Below are positions 44,991 to 57,780 of a stretch of 64,000 bases of DNA, in pieces (position 1 is the first letter of the stretch; every line of letters starts with the position of its first letter). The notes beneath the pieces are model-generated. The model saw only the letters and a list, made by a program, of their open reading frames with translations. It was not told where the DNA came from and did not search any database. The position numbers were made by a program, and so were the translations under genes. This stretch comes from Nemertoderma westbladi (Eukaryota > Animalia > Xenacoelomorpha): NCBI GenBank assembly GCA_032718475.1, contig JAUCBJ010008499.1:69589-133588 (forward strand), given 5' to 3'.

Positions 44991-46179
44991 AGTCTAAATA
45001 ATGTTTGCCTTCCGGCAAAAATATCTCGCAAAAGTTCGAGATATTATTATAATTTAACCGAAATACGGTCAAATTATTTGTCAAATAATCAGTTGGTCCA
45101 AAATGTCAAATAAATTCGCAATGCAATATTGTGAATTTAATGGGGTATATAGTTATAGCAAATACTAACACAATATTTAAACAAAAATATTATTATATAG
45201 CTACTATATAGCATTAAATACCGGTATAGCACAAAATAACTCTGAATCTAATACAAAATATTCAAAATATACTTGCCACCCGAATATTTCTAATTTTATA
45301 TATATATAGCTCTAATCAACGTAATTTTAATTTCAAATATTATATGTATCCACTAGCGCGTGGCTACATCTTCGGGTTGCGACTCTCTCTAACTCTCTCT
45401 CTAACTTGAGCGATTCAAAAAACCATGGCCGGCTAAACCTAAATATCCTAACTAATAAATTGAGTTCAGCTTCGCAGTTAAACAACCGATAATTTTTTAC
45501 TGCTTCCACAAACACACTGGTGCCAACAGAACAACTAACCTTGTTTGCTGTGAGATTCCACGTCCGCGTCCAAAGATTCAGGCTCTCCGCTGATTGCAAA
45601 CCGAACCCGCAGACCCACACGAACCCCAAACTCAGAAGTTCCGTCTTGCCATGTATCTCCAGATGGTATAAAATAACTAAGCGGTTACCTAACATACCGG
45701 TACAAAAACTCTAGAATTTTACAAAATAATTTTGACCGAAACTGAATTCTCGCAAACCTAGCTAAAATTTCAAAAAACTTACTAATTACAATTTGCCCTA
45801 AGGCCTAAGGAACTGCTGTATTCGCAATTAGCAAAACGCACTACCGTACATCCACCGTATGCAGTACAGTAAGTAAAACAGTACACCAACCTAACAGCCT
45901 AATGATACTGTATATGTGGTACGGCAAAACAAATGTCCCTTCTACCGTACGCAGTAACAGCAATCAGCCTAATGTACTACTGTACTATTGTACGCAGCCA
46001 GTGAATACAGTAATCTAAACTAACAACCTAAAGGAATATGCTCAATGTCTTACCGTACGCTAGCCTATAGCCTACAGCAGACGATCACGTGCTCTAATTT
46101 ATTGCCTAATACTATGATACTACTAATCAGCCTAAGAATACACTATCGACTGCTGCAAGCAACAGCCAATAAATGCACG

Positions 46180-48401
46180 TGTTACTGATAAACAACCGCG
46201 ACCTCTATACTAACAGCAGAACCGTTGAACAGACAAATACCCGTATACCTCTCTGCCAACCTAATGACTGTAATGAGCTCTCGCCTAACCAATAACAGAA
46301 TAAGACACAAAGACTGCTCTACTGTTAAGTAAAGGGGATCAGGAGCGTGATATTACTAAATTGTAAGGGTTGCTAAATACAAAACCGCTACTTATCGTTA
46401 GATGGCGCTAATCTGCCGTACGCTAATATATTTACTAAATTTACACAACTCCTGCAAAATCGCTTGTTCCTTTCTCTACCGATCGCTCGATAGAGAGCTA
46501 ACTGTTCGAATCTATGAGCCACGCGGGAATAACCAAAACAATAAACCCGAGTCGGCTCCCTAAGCTTACTTAAGACGAGTGCGAGAGGCCTTGCACTCAG
46601 AGTATTCTTACGCCTAATTTTATCACTATTAAAGCACGCTATTACCTACGTCTTTCTAATCGCGAATACTGGAGGTTCCCTAACGTAATGTGTGAATGCG
46701 AGAATATTTAAATATCAAAACGGTACAGTATCTGTTCCTACGTAAATAACATCACTCCGGGTCTAAAATCGCCTGCAGCTGGCTTTAGACCAGCAAATTA
46801 CTAGCGTATCGTGCGTACCGAACAGTACAATCTAGCTGATTGCCCGCTAATGCAAATAACCGCTCAGCGTGAATAGTTTACAGTACTCTAATTATTACTT
46901 TAGCTACTCTCCGCTATGCTGCGTACTAATTCTTAATTTTTACTAATTAATTACAGTCACAAATATTTAACAGCGTACTAATTACTAAGAGTTCCAGAAT
47001 ACGTAATTCTAATTTATTACGCAACAAGTTTCGCTAGTAATAGCCTAAATTTGCCGTATTACTTTGACCTAATCAGTAACCAATTATTGTAACTAAGAAA
47101 TAGAAATCAATCAAAGAAAAAGGGGGCGCCTACCTAAACATTCATAATCATAGGCACACTTCAATAACACACCAATCAGCGTCAGAAATTACAGTTCGCA
47201 ATTATGCAGTTAACTACTGTATAGTCCACAATTATGCGACTCACTATTCGTACTCTACATTTAACGTTATACGCTCTAATACGCTGTAATACGTGCAGGC
47301 CTCTCCCGGGTACATATGGGACTCCTAACTAACCTGATTCCTGCTCCCTAATACTAAATAGAGACGAAACCTGGATCATCAGCCCCCTAATTACTGTACC
47401 GGCGATAGGTCTGCCCGTTGCACGCAAGTTGCCCGACCGCAACGTTGACCCCCGCCAGCGTTGCCTGCCTTTGAATCCTCTGCTCTCCCTTAGTCGCTCA
47501 ACCCCCCGATGTGCCCACCGCCCACTGGCGCCTTAGCCCTCCATTATGCTAATAGCTACCGTAGCGGCGCATGCAAATCACAAAGTCTGACAGTCTCAGG
47601 AATCCCTTAGGATTATTGCGCAGAAAAGAATCACATAGAACCATTAATCAAAAGGTAGAAATCATAGTTCAGTTGTAATTAGCAGTAATCGACAGGAATT
47701 AATTGAGAAACACAAGCAAGAGTAATCGCACTAGCAAATCATTCCAAGAAATTAATCAAATTAGCAAATTGCAGAAAATTACAAGTATCAAGAAAAACAG
47801 TAAGACAGGTGCTAGGGCTAGGTGTCATGTGATGATGAGGCTCTACCGGCACACCGCCAATTTATAGGTGATCCGGATGGGGTGATGCAATAGGGTGACT
47901 CAATCGCTTTCTTATTGGCTCTCCAGTCCGTGCTAGCACTAGACCAACCTGGAAGCAGCTAGTCCAATAAGGAGGCCGGATTGTAGCCCTATTTGCTCCC
48001 CTTCCTCGAATTATTACCATATATGGTAATGGTTCACGTCTCTGGCTGCTGAATGGCCAGGACAGCGTCCCTATATGCTAGCCCTACTAAAGCTAATATC
48101 AGCAAGCACGGAATCCAGGGTCCGAATAAACTTACCCTGGAACTATCTACATATAACCTAATACAAAATTACGTAGGTAGGGCTACATACTATACAAAAT
48201 GGATGGATTCAAATATATGGGTGTTTCGATTTCCCTATCTAAATACCACTGCGTTATTATGCCTTATCTAAAATATCATGCTGCACAACGGACTAATATT
48301 ACATACAGTATAACGGACTAATATTGCATACTGCATAACGGACTAATATTGCATACTGCATGATGACTAATATTATGGATACAGCGCCATATACCGTAAC
48401 A
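46180..48401 (-). repeat. 5' LTR
   Basis: Bounded by the perfect inverted ends TGTTAC...GTAACA; about 25-bp tandem repeats (ACGGACTAATATTGCATACTGCATA) near 48288-48375. Confidence 0.93.
47858..47920 (-). promoter_or_regulatory. Candidate LTR promoter (CCAAT and TATA boxes)
   Basis: Minus strand GCCAATAAG (about 47911-47919), then TATAAAT (47860-47866), oriented toward gag-pol; same sequence in the 3' LTR at about 30988. Confidence 0.55.
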
Positions 48402-50336
48402 GAGCGATATACTCTACCTTTACAAGCGTTTGTTGATAGCTTGATACGCGGCTACGTTGGTCCAACTACTACGGAGGACGATGGTCGTTATATCTAACCG
48501 CCAATGTCCCGGAAGCAACTTGCGCGTGGGTTGGACTGTAGAAAGTTCACCGCTCGCTATACGCATCGTAATGGTATGTATATGGACTTCTTAACTACTG
48601 GTCATCCTATCGACCTACACGATACGAACGATATAGACACCAAAAGGGAAATGGTTTTATTTAAATATCATACCCAGCGGAAGCGGAACGATAAACTGAG
48701 ACTCGAACACGAAAATTCTATTCGAAACCGACTCGAAAGTGAAGATGTTGAAGAGCCGGATAAACGCAGCGACCTCATCAAAATATCTGGAATTCTTGAG
48801 AGAAACATATCTCAATATTACCAGTCAACAGAATCTAGAAACTCGATATCCTCCAAGTATACATCATGACCGCATGGTAGAACTCAAACGGCTCTATTCC
48901 ACTATGATGTATCTTACCGCTGATCGACCGCTGCCTGTTGCACCGGATAGCTTCGAACGGATGGAGGAGTATTGTGAACTGGAGAAAGATCACTCGAGTT
49001 TCCCCTACAAGACGTGCGTCTTTGGTGTTGGTGCGATGGATGCCCTAGACCCAACCAACAAATGGAAAGACCTAAACATCCGTGGAGACGTTGTATTAAA
49101 CACGGTTTTACTCGCTATACTTACGGGAGTTTCGAGCGAAATTTGTTTGACGTATCACCTACGCTCGTTCGACTCAGACGATCCTTAAATAAACCAATGA
49201 TCAGAGTTTCGGAATACTCGATCAGACCTCCTCATTCCCTAGTGAGACCTCAGACTCTTGATCCTATTAGTATGATGGATCCTCCCGAGCTGTACTCACT
49301 GCTCAAAGATCTAGTGTTACCTGAACAATTAGTCGGTGGCACCCGGTTGTGGGCTTCCTAGATATTAGCCCATCCTACCTAGCCGGATTGGGACGCGGAC
49401 ATTTAATATCGCCGTTTAACCCTTACCATCGTCCCGGCTTAACACGATATAACCTGTCACCAAAGTGGCGGAGAACGTTGTACCAAACGAGTTAAACGCT
49501 ATTCTACAAGGATCAGAAGGGAAACCTGCGTTTGTTCAGATAAGCGTGAGTTGTAACAGCAAGTCCAGGCGATAAACGAATTGTCTTTATCTCAGTTCGA
49601 TTGTGAAATCCAGAATCTCTAAGAAGATATCGAACTTAGACAACCCCATTCTCTGCGAGAGTTTTTGGATGAACGTATCCAGCTGCGAGCGGAGGAGGAT
49701 CAGCTCGAGGAGAAGCATATTGAAACGGCGGATACCCCGACCATAATCCTACACCTTCTGATGCAATCATATTGCACCCTTCACCCAGGATTTATAGCCC
49801 TCCTAGTAAAGTGGCTCGCCCCAAAGAGAAAAGGACTCTTGCTAGCCTCAAAAAACTGCGTAAACGCCGTCTGCGTAAGAAAGGCTAACTGTTTAGAGTA
49901 TCTTTATATTTTAGAAACTGTGATTTGTTATATTTTATAGACTTAAATCCCATTTTCTGGGAGCGGTGTAAAAGCTTTTGCGTAATTAGCCGGTTATTTT
50001 CCCCGTAAAGTACTCTGTGGTTGGTTTACCAGGCATAAAAAGGCCGTGTCCTTACTGTACGGGTGTTTTAGAGGACATAAAAGTCATTTCTTCTGTATTT
50101 GTACTTTAGAGGACATAATCCGCAATCTCGTGACGCAATAAGCTGGATCCTCTTGAAAACAGTGTCGCTACCATGACGACGGCTAACAGCTGATATTGCC
50201 ACGTCGAACATTTCTTTGTTCTTTGTTCTCTCTTTGTACGGTCGACCAATCAGAGCGTTTTTTGGACTCTGTGCTGGAGGTTGGATACAGAAACTCATGA
50301 ATTCAGTGTTATGTCTTTGCCCAGAGCCTAATAACT
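48402..50336 (+). mobile_element. Probable 3' remnant of another LTR element (broken ORF, PPT, LTR start at 49967)
   Basis: Coding-like frameshifted ORFs at 48504-49361; GGGAGCGG|TGTAA at 49959-49971 mirrors the TGGAGCGG|TGTTA junction of the Bel/Pao element. Confidence 0.4.
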
Positions 50337-53300
50337 ATGACGTTTTAATTACTTTAGATCAATTAAAGACACAATTAATAAAGCAAATCACTTGAACTAA
50401 TTAAAAACTATAATAGAATGGCGTATGTGGATTACATCTGTATAATTTTTAAGTATAATTATTTAAATCTTATACTGTAAAACAATTAATTTCCTTTAAA
50501 AGGCAGGTTGAAAATGGTGTTTTTACCGTAATCAACTTAATTAACTAATTAACTGCTATTATCTTAGCTTCTCGAAGGCCACACGGAAATTCTACTTGGA
50601 AAATTTCTAAACTTTTGCCAAACAACATGTGTACCAAGTTTGGATAGATTTCATCAAAGATTGGCTGAGTTATTAACGTTTAAAATTGGACGCGACAGAA
50701 CGATAGAACGACAGAACGACACGTTCGTGGGGCCTTCGCGCAGCACGAGGCCCAGTTATTAGATACAAATTAAAATTGAGCGACTGTATCACAAAATCAG
50801 GTTTTGAGAAATTTACCCACACCACCAATCAATCAAAGAAAGGGGGACAGTACGTGTTCACCCCCTTTAATCCCCCCCCCCCCCCCCCCCCCAACCTTCC
50901 CAACCACCAATACATAACCGGGACATCTACCACCCACGGAAGGGTAGCACGAACTTATTTCCAATCGCACGTTAAATATGCAAAGCCAGGTGGTTTATAG
51001 GAATATAATAAACGCAGTACTCGTTTTCATTATAAGCCTCTTTGCGTTCGTCCTGTTTTGTATTTAAATATATTTCTTAAACGCAGGCTGACGATATTTA
51101 TAATAATAATAACTAGGGATGCGATCAATATGTGAAGCCAGGTGGTTTATATAATAATTTAGTCAACGAGGTACTCGTCTTCATTATATGCCTCGTTGCG
51201 CTCGTCGCTTGTCCTGTTTTGTCATAAAATATTTTTCCTAAACGCAGACTGACGATCTTTATACAGTTATAACTATGCGAAGTTTCGAAACTGTGCGATA
51301 CATCTATGTGGAGATGTGTGATATGTGGAGATGTGTGATACAACGCCAACGCATCTTATGCCGATGTAGTAATATGGGTATTGAAATAATATTAAATCAA
51401 TGTACACTCTTAAAGCTGCAGCGAAAAAATGTAGCTAATTTCCTAGGTTACATATAAAATAATAATATTATTTTTAAGAACATTAATTTTACTACTTTGC
51501 AAAAATTCAATTAAAAAATAACCAGACATATACATTGTGGAATAAACTATTTCAGATAAGCCTACACAACAGCCATGCCATGGATGGTATTTATGTTATT
51601 ATATCTGTCATTTACCTGAGATAGCAATACAACACTTATAGTAGAGTCAATACAGGAAGGATGTTGGGATGTTGGAATGCTGCCTGGGCTGGAATAGCAA
51701 TACTGGTTGCCTATTACAATTTCTCTCTGGTTAGTCTACAGCCACAACTCCAAGCTAGCTCCACACCAGCAGAGACATGACCAATAATCATTCCCAGCAA
51801 CTAGCTGCTGCCTTACACACACATCCTTCCATCTTACCAGCATGTTAGCCAATAAATGAGCAGTATTTAATGAGAATCAATTTTTTATGACGTTTTAATT
51901 ACTTTAGATCAATTAAAGACACAATTAATAAAGCAAATCACTTGAACTAATTAAAAACTATAATAGAATGGGGTATGTGGATTACATCTGTATAATTTTT
52001 AATTATAATTATTTAAATCTTATACTGTAAAACAATTAATTTCCTTTAAAAGGCAGGTTGAAAATGGTGTTTTTACCGTAATAACTTAATTAACTAATTA
52101 ACTGCTATTATCTTAGCTTCTCGAAGGCCACAAGGAAATTCTACTTGGAAAATTTCTAAACTTTTGCCAAACAACATGTGTACCAAGTTTGGATAGATTT
52201 CATCAAAGATTGGCCGAGTTATTAACGTTTAAAATTGAACACTGCAAAAAAAGCGACAGAACGACAGGTTGATTAATGGTACCACTACGCTAAGGCTCAC
52301 TCACTTCGTGGCTCGCCCCACAGAACGACAGGTTGATTAATGGTACCACTACGCTAAGGCTCACTCACTTCGTGGCTCGACCCACAAGATTCACGATGGT
52401 ATACAATATGAGTTAGTCATAAATATCATACGCGCAGAAGTTGAATAGTTCTGATAAAAATATAAGATTTCGATATACAGTTAGCGTGTGCAGCAAAAGA
52501 ACACGTTCGTGGGGCCTTCGCGCAGCACGAGGCCCAGTTATGAGATACAAATTAAAATTGAGCGACTGTATCACAAAATCAGGTTTTGAGAAATTTACCC
52601 ACACCACCAATCAATCAAAGAAAGGGGGACAGTACGTGTTCACCCCTTTTAATCCCCCCCCCCCCCACCCTTCCCAACCACCAATACATAACCGCGACAT
52701 CTACCACCCACGGAAGGGTAGCACGAACTTATTTCCAATCGCACGTTCAATATGCAAAGCCAGGTGGTTTATAGGAATATAATAAACGCAGTACTCGTAT
52801 TCATTATAAGCCTCGTTGCGTTCGTCCTGTTTTGTATTTAAATATATTTCGTAAACGCAGGCTAGGACGTTCTTTATAATAATAATAACTAGGGATGCGA
52901 TCAATATGTGAAGCCAGGTGGTTTATATAATAATTTAGTCAACGCAGTACTCGTCTTCATTATATGCCTCGTTGCGCTCGTCGCTTGTCCTGTTTTGTTA
53001 TAAAATATTTTTCCTAAACGCAGACTGACGATCTTTATACAGTTATAACTATGCGAAGTTTCGAAACTGTGCGAGTAACTGTTGATACATCTATGTGGAT
53101 ATGTGTGATATGTGGAGATGTGTGATACAACGCCAACGCATCTTATGCCGATGTAGTAATATGGGTATTGAAATAATATTAAATTAATGTACACTCTTAA
53201 AGCTGCAGCGAAAAAATGTAGCTAATTTCCTAGGTTACATATAAAATAATAATATTATTTTTAAGAACATTAATTTTACTACTTTGCAAAAATTCAATTA

Positions 53301-53435
53301 AAAAATAACCAGACATATACATTGTGGAATAAACTATTTCAGAAGCCTACACAACAGCCATGCCATGGATAGTATTTATGTTATAATATCTGTCATTCAC
53401 CTGAGATAGCAATACAACATTTATAGTGAATTTAA

Positions 53436-54992
53436 CCCTATTAGTACCGGGCTATAAAATGTTGTACAAATACCGGGAGGGGGTCATATTGACCCCCCCC
53501 TCTAAAATCTACAAATATTTACGAAAACGTCTGGTTTTTTGTTTGTACGTAGGTATCACTTGTCTGGATCCGATCGAAAAAAAAAATTTTCGAAAAAATG
53601 TACTGGGGTGGTTATATTGCAGCACCAAAATTACAAGTAGTGCACAATTTTCACAAAATTTGAAAGTTACATTTTCGGCTAATTATTTTTCAATACAGGT
53701 TTTTTGGGGTACAAAATACATTGGAAAATATTTAAAAATGATATGATTACTATAAATGGCTGTTTAGTCCTCTCTGCGTAGGAAAAAAATGAAAAAAACA
53801 AGTAACCAGCACTTTTCAGTTAGAACACAAAATTTTTAATTCACTTATACGATGCTATAAATTCACATTTTCAGGTTTTCGAGGGCGCTGATTCTAATGG
53901 AATACATTTCTAATATGCCAGATCATTGCTACTTGTATTTTTCGGCGTAATTTAGCAAATTTTGGTGCTAGCACAAAATTTCGTACCCATCACCAAAAAG
54001 TACAAGTTTGCGATGTCCAGTGCTGTTTTTATTGATTCCATCGGATTCAGGACCCTCATAAACCCGTATAACGCAAGAAACAAGGTGATACTATCTACTT
54101 ATCAATTTGCATATTTTCCAAAATTTGGTGCTGGCACAACAATTTTCACCCACCGGCGAAAAATACAGGTTTGAGAACTCTTATGAAATTTTTACTGATT
54201 CCATTGAATTCAGAACCATCACAAACCCGTATAACGCAAGAAACAAGGTGACACAATCAATTGATATATTTGATGGTTTTCAAAATTTGGTGCTAGCACC
54301 ACATTTTGCACCCACATCCGAAAAATACAAGTTTGAGATGTCTTGTTCGATAATTATATTTTCCATTGAATTCAGAACAGCCATAAACCTCTAAAACGCA
54401 AGAAATAAATTGTCACAAGAAATTTTATATATTGAATGGATTTTCAAAATTTCGTGTTAGCACCAAAATTAGCACACAGCACCGAAAAATACAAGTTTGA
54501 TACGCTTGGTTCAACTCGTATATATTTCATCGAATCCAGAACCTCAAAAAACCCCAATTGCGTAAAAAACAAGTTTCAAACAATCAATTTACAAAATTGA
54601 CTTATTTCAAAATTTGGTGCTGGCACCAAAATTTGGCACCCATCGAAAAAAACAAGTTTGAAATTTCTAAATCAATTTATATGAATTCCATCCAATTTCT
54701 AAGACCAAAAAACCGGTGTAAATCAAAAATAGAGATGTTACAATTCATATTTAATGAAATGTAATTTTCAAAAAACGTCTCAAAAAAAGTGCCAAAAGTA
54801 GGGTTTAAAAATGGTGCTATAACTCGAAAAGTACCGAATATTTTTGAAAACGGTTTTCACTACCATGAAGACAATAGATTTTTAGGAAAAGTCATAAAGT
54901 TTCAGATTCCCAACTGCGTATGTTTCAGAATTATAATAAAAAAACCACGGGGGGGGTCATATTGACCCCCCCCCCCCCCGGGTTTAATAGGG
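53436..54992. mobile_element. piggyBac-type non-autonomous transposon
   Basis: TTAA|CCCTATTA...TAATAGGG|TTAA; subterminal palindromes GGGGGTCATATTGACCCCC at both ends; internal repeats of about 170 bp; empty site GTGAATTTAAAGAATG in the sister unit at about 56506-56521. Confidence 0.9.
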
Positions 54993-56749
54993 TTAAAGAA
55001 TGCTGTCTGGGCTGGAATAGCAATACTGGTTGTCTATTACTATTCCTCTCTGGTTAGTCTTAGCAACAACTCCCAGCCAGCAGCAGAGACTTGACCAATA
55101 ATCATTCCCAGCAACTGGGAATGACACACACATCCCATCTATGTACCAGCATGTTGGCCAATAAATGAGCAGTATTTAATGAGAATAAATTTTTTTTGCC
55201 GTTTTAATTACTTTAGATCAATTAAAGACACAATTATTAAAGCAAATCACTTGAACTAATTAAAAACTATAATAGAATGGGGTATGTGGATTACATCTGT
55301 ATAATTTTTAATTATAATTATTTAAATCTTATACTGTAAAACAATTAATTTCCTTTAAAAGGCAGGTTGAAAATGGTGTTTTTACCGTAATAACTTAATT
55401 AACTAATTAACTGCTATTATCTTAGCTTCTCGAAGGCCACACTGAAATTCTACTTGGAAAATTTCTAAACTTTTGCCAAACAACATGTGTACCAAGTTTG
55501 GATAGATTTCATCAAAGATTGGCCGAGTTATTAACGTTTAAAATTGAACGCGAAAGAACGACAGAACGACAGAACGACACGTTCGTGGGGCCTTCGCGCA
55601 GCACGAGGCCCAGTTATGAGATACAAATTAAAATTGAGCGACTGTATCACAAAATCAGGTTTTGAGAAATTTACCCACACCACCAATCAATCAAAGAAAG
55701 GGGGACAGTACGTGTTCACCCCTTTTAATCCCCCCCCCCCCCCCCACCCTTCCCAACCACCAATACATAACCGCGACATCTACCACCCACGGAAGGGTAG
55801 CACGAACTTATTTCCAATCGCACGTTCAATATGCAAAGCCAGGTGGTTTATAGGAATATAATAAACGCAGTACTCGTATTCATTATAAGCCTCGTTGCGT
55901 TCGTCCTGTTTTGTATTTAAATATATTTCTTAAACGCAGGCTAGGACGTTCTTTATAATAATAATAACTAGGGATGCGATCAATATGTGAAGCCAGGTGG
56001 TTTATATAATAATTTAGTCAACGCAGTACTCGTCTTCATTATATGCCTCGTTGCGCTCGTCGCTTGTCCTGTTTTGTTATAAAATATTTTTCCTAAACGC
56101 AGACTGACGATCTTTATACAGTTATAACTATGCGAAGTTTCGAAACTGTGCGAGTAACTGTTGATACATCTATGTGGATATGTGTGATATGTGGAGATGT
56201 GTGATACAACGCCAACGCATCTTATGCCGATGTAGTAATATGGGTATTGAAATAATATTAAATTAATGTACACTCTTAAAGCTGCAGCGAAAAAATGTAG
56301 CTAATTTCCTAGGTTACATATAAAATAATAATATTATTTTTAAGAACATTAATTTTACTACTTTGCAAAAATTCAATTAAAAAATAACCAGACATATACA
56401 TTGTGGAATAAACTATTTCAGAAGCCTACACAACAGCCATGCCATGGATTGTATTTATGTTATGATATCTGTCATTTACCTGAGATAGCAATACAACATT
56501 TATAGTGAATTTAAAGAATGCTGTCTGGGCTGGAATAGCAATACTGGTTGTCTATTACTATTCCTCTCTGGTTAGTCTTAGCAACAACTCCCAGCCAGCA
56601 GCAGAGACTTGACCAATAATCATTCCCAGCAACTGGGAATGACACACACATCCCATCTATGTACCAGCATGTTGGCCAATAAATGAGCAGTATTTAATGA
56701 GAATAAATTTTTTTTGCCGTTTTAATTACTTTAGATCAATTAAAGACAC

Positions 56750-56750
56750 A

Positions 56751-56782
<32 letters not shown>

Positions 56783-57780
56783 GTTTAATTTCGTGCAGGA
56801 ACATTAATGTAAACATTATGTAGCACCGCACAACTCTACTGTAGGCTACTACTGTATCTATAAACTAATATAAAGCAACTACAGTACCTAGCAGCTAGCA
56901 CAATGTACTGTAAGAATGAGACGTTATTAATGGGCGCACCCAAAAAAAAGAAAAGGAATGTAGAAACTATCGGCCATAAGTTAATAATGAAATACCAAAG
57001 TGTTCATAAATTGTATAGATTGAAAAGAGAATAGAGTACAAATTACTAATTGGATATAGGTTAGTTTTCATAGACCCCTAAAACAATATTCCAGCGAGAT
57101 CTAAGCGTAGACATACCAATAGAGTTACAGGTACGAAGTATAGGATTTCAAGATATTGAAACACGATGTAACAGTGAAAAAATAGCAGTACGACAAATTG
57201 ATTTAAAAGTATTGATACGGTTCAAACAAAATAAAGTGTTGGCGTCTTCGGTACTACAATATGAAAATAATTGACGGAAAGCGTAATTGTAAGCTACCTT
57301 TAATCTACGTAAGGATTCAACACGAAACACAGACCATAGAGAACAACAGTATAAGTTATAACAATAAGTTTTGAAAATAATGGATTTTATAGGTAAAGAG
57401 CATTTATTAAACGTTCTGGCTAATTGATTACCACGACAATATAAGGTTGATTTCAAACGCTTAATGTCAGGTTCATCAGATAGGTTGCAACAGAGGGTAT
57501 GCCCTAAGTAACAGTATTCTAGAACACAAGGGAGGATCATACCACAAAGGTATACGTCACCAGCTCGTCCAAATTGTGAAGGGATAAAATGCATACACTT
57601 TGATTTAACGAAATTAAACATAACATCAAATTTAGCACCATAATCTTCACAAATTTTAAGTAAAGACCGTAAACCAAAAATACTGGGAGCCATTAAACTT
57701 AGATCATCGGCATACAATAGATGGTTGATTACAATATTACCAACCTTACAACCTGCAGGACATTTGTTCAATAAAATACT
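56750..57780 (-). mobile_element. 5'-truncated LINE (RTE-X/L2-like RT C-terminus) with a (TAA)n tail
   Basis: ORF 57148-57795 has NHLLYADD..FNFVKSKCM..YLGH..LYCCSLW; (ATT)n at 56750-56781; it interrupts GACACAATTATTAAAGCAAATC, which is intact at about 55226. Confidence 0.85.

Larger units (their letters stand above)
29332..48401 (-). mobile_element. Bel/Pao LTR retrotransposon, about 19 kb, two long ORFs
   Basis: Two direct repeats of about 2.2 kb bound gag-pol (Gag-PR-RT-RH-IN order) and a second ORF; no matching TSD. Confidence 0.95.

Noticed and set aside
50776-56273. Repeated short ORFs (CITKSGFEKF.., YNCIKIVSLRLGK..)
   Set aside because: They are copies of the tandem unit with frames broken by variable poly-C tracts.
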